64,000 nucleotides of DNA from Diadema antillarum (Eukaryota). Where the stretch lies: NCBI RefSeq assembly GCF_040938485.1, contig NW_027271524.1, positions 992,001 through 1,056,000 on the forward strand. Reading direction: 5' to 3'. The notes beneath the pieces were generated by a model that was given only the letters and a program-made list of their open reading frames with translations, did not search any database and was not told where the DNA came from. Positions 26,553-39,185 of this stretch are shown in pieces. Position 1 is the first letter of the stretch. Every line of letters starts with the position of its first letter. Made by a program: the position numbers and the translations under genes.

Positions 26553-26695
26553 CTATTCTTCCTGTACACAGTGCCAAAGCGAGGCTGACTCTAGCAGATC
26601 CTCTTCCATTGTGCTGCTCAAGAATTTAGCCCTGGCTTGCTGGCATGAATGCGACCTCAACATGACCCGCTGACCCCTACGCCTGATTTGGCGCA
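26553..26695 (-). CDS. Possible terminal exon (VRQIRRRGQRVMLRSHS...LWHCVQEE*), unrecognised product
   Basis: Long polypyrimidine tract plus CAG acceptor on the minus strand; CpG-rich open frame to a stop; no homology recognised. Confidence 0.15.
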
Positions 26696-28516
26696 CTGCG
26701 CGGCAGGAAATAGAAAAAAAAAAGAAAAAAGAAAAGAGAAGATTGACCCCTACAGTTTGCATTAGCCTGCACTTTCCATGTATCAACTCGGTTTCGTTCG
26801 CTCGCTCGTGTACACGCTCCCAACGCTGGAATAAGTCAGCAGCAATTTGATTTGAATCTGATCTCTTCGACATCTTGTTTGCAGTTGATACATTTCATAC
26901 ACCAGTTTCTTCCGGTAGGCATATACTAATGAATAATGCATGTGCGAGAATGGATGAAATGCATCCCCGTGCCATTGTACTATTTTGGATGTTCATGTTG
27001 CAAGCTTTACAGCATTTTTGTATTAATGACAAAGATGAATTAAATGTTAAAGAGCACTATGTTTTACACAGGCTGTCCTTCCTTAAATGTGCAGACTGCA
27101 CTTTTCTGCCAGGAAAAAAAAAACAAAACAACAACAACAAACAAACAAACAAACATTTTTAACATCAAAATATTTCATTAAAGGAAAAGCTAGATCCTGC
27201 AGTTTCTTGGTAAACTGCTCTACTGGTAGCATTATTTCAAATTGATATTTCATGTCAATGATTCATTTCAATGACAGAGCATTAGGGATGCACACTAAAA
27301 GATGAAATGAGTTGTTATAGCAATTGACTTCTAGATCTATATCATCTAAAAAAAGACAACAACAAAACAAAACAAAACTATACAGCAAGATGTAAAGCAA
27401 TGACAACATCACCTCACTATTTGCATATATTCATATTGACTGTTTAAGAGCTGTGGAGTTGTGAAAATTAGCAAAACTTCACAATTTCATAACTTAGTCT
27501 TTATCCAACTTTGCTCAAATATTCACTGTTGTGCTTGTAAAATGTCATTCTTTCTATCTTAAACTAAAGTTTAACTGGTCTGAAAGTAAGGGCATGGTAC
27601 AGGAACATTTTTGCATTGTATGATATGCTCATGTTCGGTCATTTTCTTTTACAGTTTTTGGTACAGAAATGTCTACTGAATTTGCAGTATTAAATCTTGG
27701 ACTTGCACAAAGCCCAAGGGCAAAATTTAAATGATGTAGCATGCATTCAGACGTAGGATGGAGCATACCTGTAGGCCTTGCCTGACAAAAAGTAAACTCA
27801 GAATTCAAATATGAATCTTGTCTACTATTGCATGCATGACATCACCTAAGGGATGCTCAGGAAATAATGGTATTCTCAGCAAAGATGAATGTGGCTCTGA
27901 AATGTGGCAAATTGGTCGGTCACCTGAGAATCAATTGATCGATATTTCTGTCAAACATGTTCCACTGAATTAAAGGAAGCTTCAGCCAGATTGCATTTTG
28001 AATTTGCATCAGTGGTGTGACATGCTCTTATCAAGAATATTATGATCATCTTCTATCAAATTCGAAATGCTTTGTAAATGACTAATCTCCTATCCATTGA
28101 TAAATGATCAAAATATGAATATTGATGCTGGGGTGGGGGTTATTTTTCATAAATACTAACAATATGGCATTTTGGTAGCATTCACCTTCTACTCGAGAAA
28201 AAATCTTCACTCAATATCAACAAAAATGAAAACAATACAACCTTCTCAAAAAGGTTATTGATACAACATAATAACATCTCAAGTAAAAAAAAAAAAAAAA
28301 CAATAACAACAAACAAACCAGAAATGACTGTGTTTAAATACTTGAAACCATCGTGTGCCTGAATGGCAGGGTTTGCTGTGGCTTATGAATACAGCATACA
28401 TCTATTAAAACCGTATCATCTTCAGCCTATAAATAAAGTCAGCGAGACCTCCCTTCCATCTTATCTGAGACACGAAGTAAAAACAAATCAAGACACAGAC
28501 TCTGGTCATACTAATA

Positions 28517-28942
28517 CAGTTGAACCTCTCTTTAATATCCGGCCTCCCTTTATCCGGATCTCTCTGTTATACGGACGCAATCTCGCCGTGATTTTTTAAA
28601 AATAATTACGGGAGGAAAGGGGGATTCCCAACTCCTTGAGAACTCCTACACAAACACACATGAATTAAATATTACTTCCAACATGATTAACATACATTAC
28701 ATCAAATTTCCTTCCAAATTCTTGCAAACACGAACCTCTTTTTTTGGGTCTGTTACTGAGTGTAACAATGAAAAGGTTGCAGTATACACATTACTACATG
28801 TGGTTCCGGTACTACAATGGGCTACATCAGTACTGTGTATGTATATGTACATGTATAAAGCATTGAGTCTCCCGTATCCGGCCAAATCTCTTATCCGGAT
28901 GAGCCCCGGTCCCGACTTGTCCGGATACGAGAGGTTCAACTG
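28517..28942. mobile_element. pogo/Tigger-like MITE, 426 bp
   Basis: Perfect 14-bp TIR CAGTTGAACCTCTC, TA on both sides, subterminal ATCCGG(A) repeats. Confidence 0.9.
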
Positions 28943-29938
28943 TAATTGTCAATGCAGCGTGAAATAGCTTCAACCAAAATCACAGGCTCAGAAGCCCTAG
29001 ATTACAAGGTGCACTCCACAGTAGTGAAAACCATAGTATGCAAATGTAGCACATCCATGTATCATCACTCCGCTATCATACAGTCTTTTTCCACACGATG
29101 AACTATTTGGGTTTGTCAAAACAAAAACATTCGGGCTGATGATTCCGACTAAATCTGGCATGAAGTTTTGAGAACCAATACTGATGCCCCTACCTCAAAT
29201 TTCTACCACAGGGTGAAGACTCGGATGGTTTGGCCTGCGGACGTCTCTTTCCAAAATGCAGACGAGCAATAGTCTGAGAAGTGCAAATGTTCTCACGCCC
29301 TCTAGATCTACTTACTATAGTACCTTGCATCATTGACATTCAGGGCAATGGTATGCTCTGTAAGGATACGTTGTCGATGTCGTTACTCTTCCGCATGAAT
29401 GGGCACCATTGTGCCTCTGTGATCCGAGAAATATTTGGGAGCCACAATTATAGTAGCACACGATTATGATCTCCTATATGCCCCCGCACCAGTCGCCCCC
29501 ATACGAACACTCCTCTTGACCCCCACCTTGTTCGACAAGGAGCATACTTACGGCAACACAACACCGCCAAACAGAATTGAGGTCTTCTTTCTCATCTTAA
29601 TCCTGCATTCTTATACCATTCAGTCATTTTTTCTTTCATACTCCGTCTACCAGGCCTTATTCACTCTCAGCTCTATTTAAACCTCAATTTTGTACTGCTC
29701 TTTGGTCTTACATGTACCAGTCGTACAGACATTCAGCTGTACCCCGAATCCACCTGTTGTGTTTAGACTGGAGATGTGGATTAGATACTACTCTGATTTA
29801 CACAAAAGGATGGGAGGGATTTGTTGCTTTCAATACAGATCTGTAGCCCTGTGCCAAATATTATGAAATTAAAGATGTTGGGGAAATATTTGCTTTTATA
29901 CCCAAGTTTCTAGATTGACAACTACTTTGTATGATTAA

Positions 29939-30018
29939 CCCAATCAGGATGGTCTGATTTTGCTACAATATGCATTTCCCATAGATACCTGCCCGAGTAT
30001 ACACGGGACTTGTCCTCA
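29939..30018 (-). mobile_element. piggyBac-like MITE, reverse copy lacking 5 terminal bases
   Basis: Homology to the 85-bp family; TTAA on both sides. Confidence 0.75.
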
Positions 30019-32146
30019 TTAATAAGCATCTCTGGTTTCACTTCATTAATCTCTAATCACCCATACTGCCAGAAGTCAAAACTGTGCCAAAAGTTGCCAG
30101 ATAATTAGACAAATATTTTGAAACATGATGTGTGCATTGCATAATCCAGTGTGCATTGCATAATCCAGTGCACATATACCACTAGTGTGCAACTTTTTGA
30201 TACTGGTGAATAATGCACAACCTCATGACAATTTTTTTCAATGTGACAAGAAGCAATCAAGGTTAATGCATTTCTCGTGAAAGCCGCTTAATGAGAACAT
30301 TAAGCCCAAATTAGAATCTGCACTTTTCAAACAGGCAAGCTTGATATGACATCAAACCTTCGATACGTAGGTAAAGCCCAGATTTGCAAAGATTGTATAG
30401 CTCACACTAAAATTCACGCTACAATGCTTGATGTTTCTTTCATGCCAAAATAAACAGGATTGCACAATCACAAGCACTGCATTAGACTAAAAAAATGAAA
30501 ACGAAACGAGAGCAATCATTTGACAAATTGCTAAAAATCTCAATTTTAGCATGCACTTAAAAGAATGCTCATTCCTCATACTTATTTTGGAACTTTTCGT
30601 ACTCAAGGTCCTCTTTAAACTTACATACTTTTTGTTGCTATGTCCATTCGTTCCCTCATTATATGATGAAGAAATATGAATCTGAAGGTATGCCTCCAAC
30701 CATTTCCATTATCTGAATAAAGCCAATTGCTCTCAAAAGAACTATCTGCCACAAACCACAAAATAATATAGGGCTTCCATTTTGTAACAGAGGCCCCAAA
30801 ATAAGATATTTTAGCCAGTGTCAGGGTAGTTTATGTATTTAACTGTTTTCTATGTTTTCTAAAAGTGTGCTCATTAACATCATTAGAACCTGTGGGGATT
30901 CCTATAAAGCAAAGGATGTGTACAATAATATCTTCTCCATGACTGTCCATATAAACACAATCTTCCCACCCCCGCCATTGGCCGCCTCGAACGTCACTTC
31001 TCTTCAGAAACCGACATGTTCACCTCAAGAAAAACAAGGTTCCATGGGATTTCGTAACAACATGTTTGCGAGAACCGAGGGTGCTACGTGGTGTCAATTT
31101 GCAAGGCGTATAAAGAATTCCAGCACTGTGTTATGCTGGTTTCAGGCTCAACCAGTTCGAAAATATTTTAAAGTGAAATTTTGAACTGATGCCTCCTCCT
31201 ATTGGTATCCCTAATTATATAAATAGGCAAAAATATGGATGTGTGATATAAAATTCATTTGCATGCATGGGTGACCTCATGCGTCTCTCTTTGTGTACCA
31301 AATAGTATACTACAGCATGGTTTAAATGTACGGTACTTTAAAAAGACTCGCCTTTGTTACATAGGGTATGTGCAACACAATTCCCTCACATACAACATTC
31401 CCTTCATTCATTCATATATGTGGGAATGATGGAGGTATCTGCATGGGACGCACCATAGCTCTTCCCGATCCCTGGGCATGACTGGAATGTCTTTCACAGT
31501 CCCAGAGCAAAGGTGAGATTCCCTTCCGATTCGCCGCATACTGTAATTCATCACGAACTGCAAACAGCTGCTAAGCCAATGCAATATACTCTCTGCTGGT
31601 TACATTTTTAGAGCTGGAGCCCTCAGTATTTATAACCCTGCATTCCTGGCAAGCGCCATACCTGCATGGCCATGCCTTCTTTCAACTTGCAGGCGAGCTG
31701 CATTCACAGCCATTGCCACTGCTATGTTATGCCATGCCCTCAACTCAGCACAATAGAGACAGCCAGCTCGCTAGGCACCGCAGTGTTGTGAGCAGCATCA
31801 AGGTCCACGGCTGCATGCACCCAGCCCAATGCATGGCAGCCTCTTGCTTTCGATGTAAACAATGGAACGGCGGGCATGCCGCATGTGCACACATACACAC
31901 ACACACGACCAGGGAGCTATCTAGCCAAAACAATGCGCCACCGTACGATGGAGCGTTTTGCACCCTCTCTCCCCCTCTCTCTCTCTCGGCATAGTTTCAC
32001 AGAGACTGATGGGAAACCGAAATTTGATAAAAAGAAAATGAAGACCACTGCTCACCTCTTTGGATTTACCACTTTTTCCTGTATGTTGATCGGCAGCCTG
32101 TGACACCACACGGAAGATAAGCAGGTTGAAGCAATAGATTAGAAAG

Positions 32147-32309
32147 ATGGCAACAATGTCGTTGGGTAGAAATCTGGCTGCTCTCTGCGCAGTGCAGTGT
32201 TGTTGCCAGCGAACTCCCGTGATCCCGCGCTATCAGGGAAGTTCAGTGTGGGACACGCATCCAGCCTCAGAAAGCGCACAGGAGAAACATGGCATGGAAA
32301 GCAGTCGTG
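32147..32309 (+). CDS. Possible first coding exon (MATMSLGRNLAALCAVQCCCQ...MESSR), unrecognised product
   Basis: aagATGg start context inside a CpG-rich island; open frame; GTAATA donor at 32310 (phase 1). Confidence 0.25.
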
Positions 32310-32638
32310 GTAATAGTGTCTCTCTCCAGTATCTCACTGTTATAGAACACAGACATATAATATATGTACACAGATGAGATACCCAGCCAAGGTTGGGCAA
32401 TAGGCTTGTGGGAATGTTCGCAGCTGGTGCCCGTTGCTACATCAGTTTGTGAGTCTTGCTCTCTGCCTCCATACACGCACTGGCTAGAGGCTCGCTGCGC
32501 CAGAATCAGTAAACACCATGTTTTTCCCTATCTCTTTATTCCACGCTCTGCAGTCTCCTCATCTATTCTCTCTCTTCCCCTCTCTCTCTCTTCCCTTCTC
32601 CCTCTATTTACCTTGCTCTCTCTTCCTTTGCTGTTCAG

Positions 32639-32769
32639 CCATGCGGACTACGGTGGCGCTAGTGCAGATCTGCCGTCGCTCCCTCAACCACACGCTCAAA
32701 AGAAGAGAAGGGGGGGGGATCACTTCTCGTTTCGAGAGAGCAGAAAAAAAAGGCCATATGTTTCTGTAG
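32639..32769 (+). other. Strong 3' splice-site-like signal followed by a GC-rich segment
   Basis: About 70-nt CT tract then TTCAG|CCATG; two frames open for 40+ codons; no homology recognised. Confidence 0.2.
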
Positions 32770-34235
32770 TTTTCTGTTGCAGCATTTCATAAAGGGAGTT
32801 TAGCCTATTCTGCCCAATAGAGGGAGGCCTTTGCATTTCTTTGTTGTGAGGTTACTTGTATTTCTACTGCTTGCATATAATATAATAGATACTATGTGCA
32901 GAGAAAACAAGAGAGGGGAGAAGATTCTAGGAAAAAAAAAGGCTGTTGTCTTTGCTTCTGTTATATCTACATTAGTATATATATTTCTAATATAGAAATA
33001 AATAGTATATAGATAAGTATAGATATATATAATTATACATATGAATGATATAAATAAGTATAAGTAAAATCTGCAAAAAATCACAAATCATTAAAAACAA
33101 GGTCTTGTGAAGCAAATATGATACTCAACCCCTAATGTTGGGGAGGTCAAATACAGGGAGATCATCATCCACTTTATCACTCCCTCTTTTACAATGTCTA
33201 TCAATCAACATGGTAAGAAAAATGAAAAAAAGCACATGGACCTCAGACATCCCACAACATTCCATCATCACATAATGTGAAGTATCAATTGAGCTGTAGG
33301 CATAATATATAGAAGTCTATACCATATTTTACTCTTTCAAACATTTGTTTGTGTTGTTTTCTCTTGTTTTTTTTTTTTGTGAATTCAGCACAATGAGTAG
33401 ACAAGTAAAATGTAAATACATCTAAGATATGTATGAAGGTACAGTAAAAGACAATTTTGGCATGTTCAGTACATGGAAGAGAAGTATATTGTAATAATTA
33501 CAAGCATTTGTAGTCTAACAGAGAAGAATGTTTTGCCAGGTGTTGCATATTGTATTCTATTATCAGTTTTATATCTTTCTTCATGTTTTGTATTATTTTT
33601 TTATTCCTAGAAAATCAGGGAGATAAAAAAATAAGCACCTGCACAAATCAAGAATAAAAACTGAAATGTATAAACTCTTTCTCATAATTGATACATTTCC
33701 TTACAACATTGCGCTACACAGGCTTCATCTCCTTTATAGCCAATCGATTACCCCTTCCTCCATCTTCCTTTCTTCCCCTTCTCCTAATTCATTCCAATGC
33801 ATCCTTCATGGATAGGCCTACCCATGGGTACATCCCTTCATCTCCCCCTCCCTCCTACCTTTTTTTTTAATAACTTTATTGAATTTCTATATAGATCAAG
33901 AGGGCATAATGATACTCACAGAACTCTCATGCTCTCCGTTTTTAGCATCTTCTCCATCCAAAATAACATACACCACGGATGATGGGGATGGGGGGGGGGG
34001 GGGGGGGGTGTTGCTTGAGGAAAAAGGGGAGGGGGTGGGGAGAGGTGGGCTGGTGGGATGTTAATTGGATTTTTTCCAGTGCAAATTTAATCCTGTTCAC
34101 TCGGAAAGTGGATTTCAGTCTATTTCTCCTGACTAGCAAAGGCCAAGACGAGGGATCTACCACGCACTGTTCTCCAGGCAGAACCTCATCATGCACTGGG
34201 TGAAAATAGGAGATTTTTCACTCGATATTCCTTAA

Positions 34236-34320
34236 CCCACTGAAGGCTAGTCCTGAGTATACTCGGGCAGGTGTCTCAGTGATATGTATGCTACAGCAAA
34301 ATCAGCTTGTGCTCAATGGG
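34236..34320 (+). mobile_element. 85-bp piggyBac-like MITE (diverged copy)
   Basis: TTAA|CCC...GGG|TTCA; family homology. Confidence 0.75.
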
Positions 34321-35186
34321 TTCAAGGAATATTGCACATATACCTTTGGCAATGGTCCGAGAGAAAGGCTGGGAAGCATAACAAAGCAAAGCAAAACAAA
34401 ACTGGAACAAAACAAAAACAAACATGGAATGTATTTGGTATATGAATATAAATGATAATCATTTACATACACTTGTATGTTGCTGCAATCTTGTACATTG
34501 CACTCTCTTGAAATATTCAGAATTGCACATCCCTCCATACAATAAAGAATATTGCAAAACTTAAGGATTTGACTTAATTTGAGAAGGAAATGTGCATGTT
34601 TAAGTGTATGTGCATTCAATATTATGAAGATGTACATAATTGTTTGACTTACTCCCAAGTTTATGGAAACGAAAATTGTGTAACTCATGTACATACTGTA
34701 TGTTCCACATATTTTCATAATGTATGAAGTCATGTAACACTGCCGAGCACCTTTATAACTAAATGGGCCAACCCTACAGGATGATATAAAGAAAACAAAC
34801 AGATAAATGAATAGATGAATACAGTCTATAATGAAAGACAAGTGTTGTTGTTTTTTTCCATCATCTGTGTCACATATCGGGTATGGAAGAAAAGAAGCCC
34901 ACAGCACACAAAGAATGCTAGGATGTAGGTGCCTATTGTCTTGAGTAGAAAACAACAAAGACTTTTCACAATACAGGATGTTTTTAGTATCCCACGAATA
35001 AACAAGCATGTTGTCCTTCGCACTTGGTGTATGCATGTTGTCTGTATGCTTCATGTATGAACGTGTGTGTATGTAAATTTGTATGTATGTTGTCGCACAA
35101 TAAACAAAGACTCGAGAGAGAGAGAGAGACGAACTCATCAGACTAAAACTGCATGTAAAATCAAGTGACTTGAGTAGAACATACAA
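34302..35186 (-). other. Longest ORF in the window (294 codons from TTG), no recognisable product
   Basis: Stop-free from 35240 to 34305; intron-like composition; the stop codon lies inside the MITE at 34236-34320. Confidence 0.2.
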
Positions 35187-35682
35187 TTTATGACAAAATT
35201 TGTTTTTTGTTTTTAAAGATATTTGATATTCAACTAATTCCTACCCAAATTGAAATCTAAAGACTAATAAAAAGCACAAATTATTGATTTCAATGAAGTA
35301 CGTGGGTTTTCTCTGCATAAACCACCAGATTGAAAGAAGCATACTCTTGTGTGTGTGTTTTCACACCAGTGACTGACTTGGGAGATTTTAAGGATAAGCT
35401 CCTTTCTAACTCCACATCTTCACAAACAAGCATTCTAATGCATGTACATATTAAATCTCATCATCACAACTATATCACTAGGGCACCACTGAGCACAAAA
35501 AGAGATTCATTCAGCTTTAAAAATTGACTTTTAATATGACTCCCCTGCATGCAAAATAGAACACTCCCATTCAACCCAAATGCCCTGATGGAATATGCAT
35601 GAACTACAATATTAGCATAGCATCGCCCCCAATTACTATATGCCTCCAGTGTGTGCAACACACACATACTCTTCCTGTCTGA

Positions 35683-35817
35683 ACACAACAAACAACACAC
35701 ATGTGAGCGCGCACACACACACACACACACATAATATAGCTAACACACACAAACACACACACACACACTCACACACACTGGTCACATTGACCTAGTGCCA
35801 CACACAAACACAAACAC
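35683..35817. repeat. Interrupted (CA)n microsatellite
   Basis: Direct reading; further (CA)n tracts at ~43135-43180, 44558-44586, 44786-44838. Confidence 0.9.
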
Positions 35818-36796
35818 TGCACCCAATCTATACAGACTACAGACTGTGGATGGCCTCCCAAGTATACATAACTGGAAGGTTCGTTTACACACGCTCAATG
35901 CAATGCGCTCAATGCGCTCGCCCGCACAGTGCCGCTCTGTATACACATTGATCTGTGCTGGCATGCATTCATGCAGCATTAGAAGTGGGAACAAAGATGG
36001 ATTGGCTCACCCATTCAACTTTATAGGGTCAGTACGCTTTACTAGCCAGGCTTTACTGTACATTTTGAAACCATTTGCCCAGATGGCACGCTGACCGCAA
36101 GAGGCCTCTCTTCCTCTGTGAAAATTGTGGCAAGAAGAAAGAGAAAGCTATGTGGTGGTGGGGAGCGGTATACAGACAAAGCATACTCTTTCTAGCATAC
36201 CACCACTCCCTCACCTCTATCATGCATTGTTATGCCAAAGTTCCGGATTTAACCCATATGCTCTATAACAATAACAAAAAAGAAAGAAAGAAAAAAGAGG
36301 TATGAAAAATGACATGTGGAATACTTTTAGTATCTTCTTCTTAAATCTGATCCAATAATTCTTACTTGCAAAATTCCCAGATAATCTTAGATTTTGTAAA
36401 GATTTTGTATGTATTTCTCTCTTTTTCAAGTTGTTCAACCCTCTCTATAGTTTGTTATAGCACTAGCAGTGTGTGGGTTAAGAGCTCATTTGATTGAGCC
36501 TCCGTGGTTTCACAGTTGACAAAGAAACAGAAAAACCGAGGGGGAAAAAAAATGACTCATTTCTCCATCACAACAAATAAAACCTGCACCCAAATCCATC
36601 ATTCTGTATCAGTTTCTGTTCTTCACATCTCCTCTCCTTCTCTCTTCTTTCCACCTGTTCTCTTTCTTTTTTTTTCTGTCCTCCCTCATCCTCCCCCCTC
36701 CCCATCTCATTTTTTCTCTTTTTTTCCCCCTTTTTGTGGGGGTGTTTCTTTTCCATACTATGCATCTAACACTGTTTTTCATACATATTGACAAAG

Positions 36797-37245
36797 ATGG
36801 CATACTCGTCAGTAGTGACGCAGAAATCCGTCTGAAACAGAAACAGACTCTCGTTATGACAGGGCCTACCACTACACGGAGTTTCGGCTACACCCAGAGA
36901 CTCCAACTCTCCCGTTTTCGACGGGAGATCTCCCGCCGAAAACCCGTTTTTGCAAAATCTCCCGTTCTCCCGTTTGAGATTTAATTTCTCCTGCCCTGGA
37001 TCAATGTTTCCCGTTTGAGAGGATTTCTTACTTATTGCTATCGTATGTTGCAAAAATAAGCCTTTAGATAGCACCAGAGAGCATCTATAACCCTAGGAAC
37101 TTCGCGCTTCGCACACATAAACTTGGGTCTCCCGTTTGCTAGGGGTTTCAGGCGGGAGAATCTCCAGATCAGAAGGTGCTTGGGGTTGGAGTCTCTGTAC
37201 ACCATCAGCAGAGAGCTGGAAGAATGGGACATTATTCAGTATAAT
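36797..37245 (+). pseudogene. Exon-like 140-nt frame split by a hAT-like insertion
   Basis: AG at 36795-36796, GTATGT donor at 37246; removing 36895-37203 restores DGILVSSDAEIRLKQKQTLVMTGPTTTRSFGYTISRELEEWDIIQYN without a stop. Confidence 0.3.
36895..37197. mobile_element. hAT-like MITE with a 6-bp target duplication
   Basis: Perfect 13-bp TIR CAGAGACTCCAAC; TACACC at 36889-36894 and 37198-37203; subterminal CTCCCG(TT) repeats. Confidence 0.85.
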
Positions 37246-37592
37246 GTATGTTTGTTTGTGTGTACATATGCATACATGTGAATGCGTGTATAGTGTATTG
37301 GTGCATTTGCATCATGTACAACATATGTATCTCTGTATGTATCTTACCTACTTACTTATTCATTTATTGTTACTTATACAGGTATTTCATACATATTTTG
37401 TCAAGTTGGCGTAATTAATATGACCTTTATTGTTGTTGTTGCTGGGGTTTTTTCAGGAAGTCTTTGTCAAATATGTGATATAAATGAAAAGGAAAGGTGG
37501 TCACTGACAAAACTCAAGGTCACCTGTTACAACAGAAAGTCACTGAATAGGCCTAGTCAAAATTACCTCAGTCCATCAGTTAAAAGCAACTA

Positions 37593-37809
37593 CTGTACAG
37601 CCGAATATTTAATGAGGTTATTATTTTTGCGAATTTCGCGAGTCAGCTGCTATTCACGAAATTAAAGACACGCGAAAATATTTACTCTGTGTGTATACAT
37701 TTCTCCATTCAGTACAGGACTCCATGATCGCGAATTTAACCACCCGCAAAATCGTCAGGAAGTCTCGATTCGTGAAAATTTAGACTCGCTAAATATATGA
37801 CGTATACAG
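37593..37809. mobile_element. TA-flanked MITE with TTCGCGA repeats
   Basis: TA|CTGTA...TACAG|TA; same architecture as 24621 and 47441. Confidence 0.75.
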
Positions 37810-38518
37810 TAAACTAAGGGGAAGACTAAACCGAAAACAATCCACATACCGTTTAACAAGATCCCTTCGATACTAATACTACAAACATGGGTTTAGCTGC
37901 CACTACTATTAAAGGTCCTACACAGGTGGTTGCTGAGGACAGGTGGCCACACTGAGAGGCCTATATCTTGGGACTGACAATGATCGAATGGAATGATGGA
38001 ACGTGGACGAGGGACCAAGCTGCATTTCACAATGATACTAGATTCAATGAATACTAAATACTATTAAAATGATTGTTACATAACTTCCTGAGTTACTACA
38101 TACTGAATGAATATTAAAAAAGGGGAAGTTTGGCTGTAAATTATCATCCAATCAGATGTGGAACTTTAATGAAATAACAGAATGGCCTCTCTATCACGTA
38201 CAAATGATAACACTATGGCTGCATGTAAGGTACATACTTCTTTACAGATGTGAACAAACCCACAATTATCATTTTAAATAAAAAATTTATGGTACAAATG
38301 TCTCAAAGAATATGTTCTTTCAAGTCCATGAGCATAGTCCATGATTTATGTTTCACAAGGTTCCTCTAATTCAGCATAATAGAACTATCACTGAAGGTTT
38401 TACCTGCGATTTCATTGCAATGCGGGTAATAAAATGCATACTGATAGGCAAATATTTTTGGAGAGACACTGGGCATACTTTCTTTTAAAGATTAAGAATT
38501 TGAATATTCTGCACACAT

Positions 38519-39185
38519 GTGACCCGCTACAACAAAAGGATCTGAATGTCGGGGGAGGACGATTTTCAGAAAATGACATGGCCTTATTCCCTTACTCTTC
38601 CGCTTTAATTTCATATGTAACATGACTCATAAAAATACTCGGTTGTGGAGATATCAATGATTTTATGAGAACGTGTTGAGTGGTCTATGAATTCAGCATT
38701 TCAAGAAAACCACCTTCACAGTTTTCCTTCCAATGCAATCGTGATCAAGGGGAGGTAAGACAGTTTTCACCTCTTGACAATAGAAGGTATGTTCCCAGCA
38801 AACCTCCGCCATGATCATTCAAGCTTAGCGCCAGCGGTCTACACATGACCAATCAGTAACCAGGATGCCATGCACTGACCAATGAGATCACTCCCTCATT
38901 GTAAGGGGCGGAGTCTATCTGCGGAGCTGAATCGGAATCTTTGGACACATTTCTGTTCAGCTGAAAGTCAGAAAATCATGGCTCAGAAAAACGCTTATTT
39001 CTTGCCTTTCCTTTGATCATTTAGCTTCAAAATTTCAGCAGAAGATAGAGAAAACATCAGACTACAAAATTCTGTCGAAAACAGAAATTTGATGGTTTTG
39101 ACCGATTTTGATGATCTGACTTGAAATTTGATTTTCTCGGCTCAGCCGTCAGCGACTTTCATATTCTTTTGTTGTGGCTGGTCAC
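38519..39185. mobile_element. Non-autonomous DNA transposon, possibly Sola1-like
   Basis: TIR GTGACCCGCTACAACAAAAG / CTTTTGTTGTGGCTGGTCAC (2 mismatches); 4-bp flanks ACAT / ATAT. Superfamily assignment is tentative. Confidence 0.65.
38849..38913 (+). promoter_or_regulatory. CCAAT-CCAAT-GC box module inside a transposon
   Basis: GACCAATCAG (CCAAT at 38849), GACCAATGAG (CCAAT at 38879), GGGGCGGAG (38905-38913). Confidence 0.4.

Noticed and set aside
29552-29595. Minus-strand MRKKTSILFGGVVL followed by GTAAGT, resembling a signal-peptide first exon
   Set aside because: No promoter-like context, and I found no convincing phase-compatible downstream exon.
37960-38056. Peptide LGLTMIEWNDGTW resembling a C-type lectin W-x-DG motif
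   Set aside because: Too short, no flanking cysteines or splice signals.
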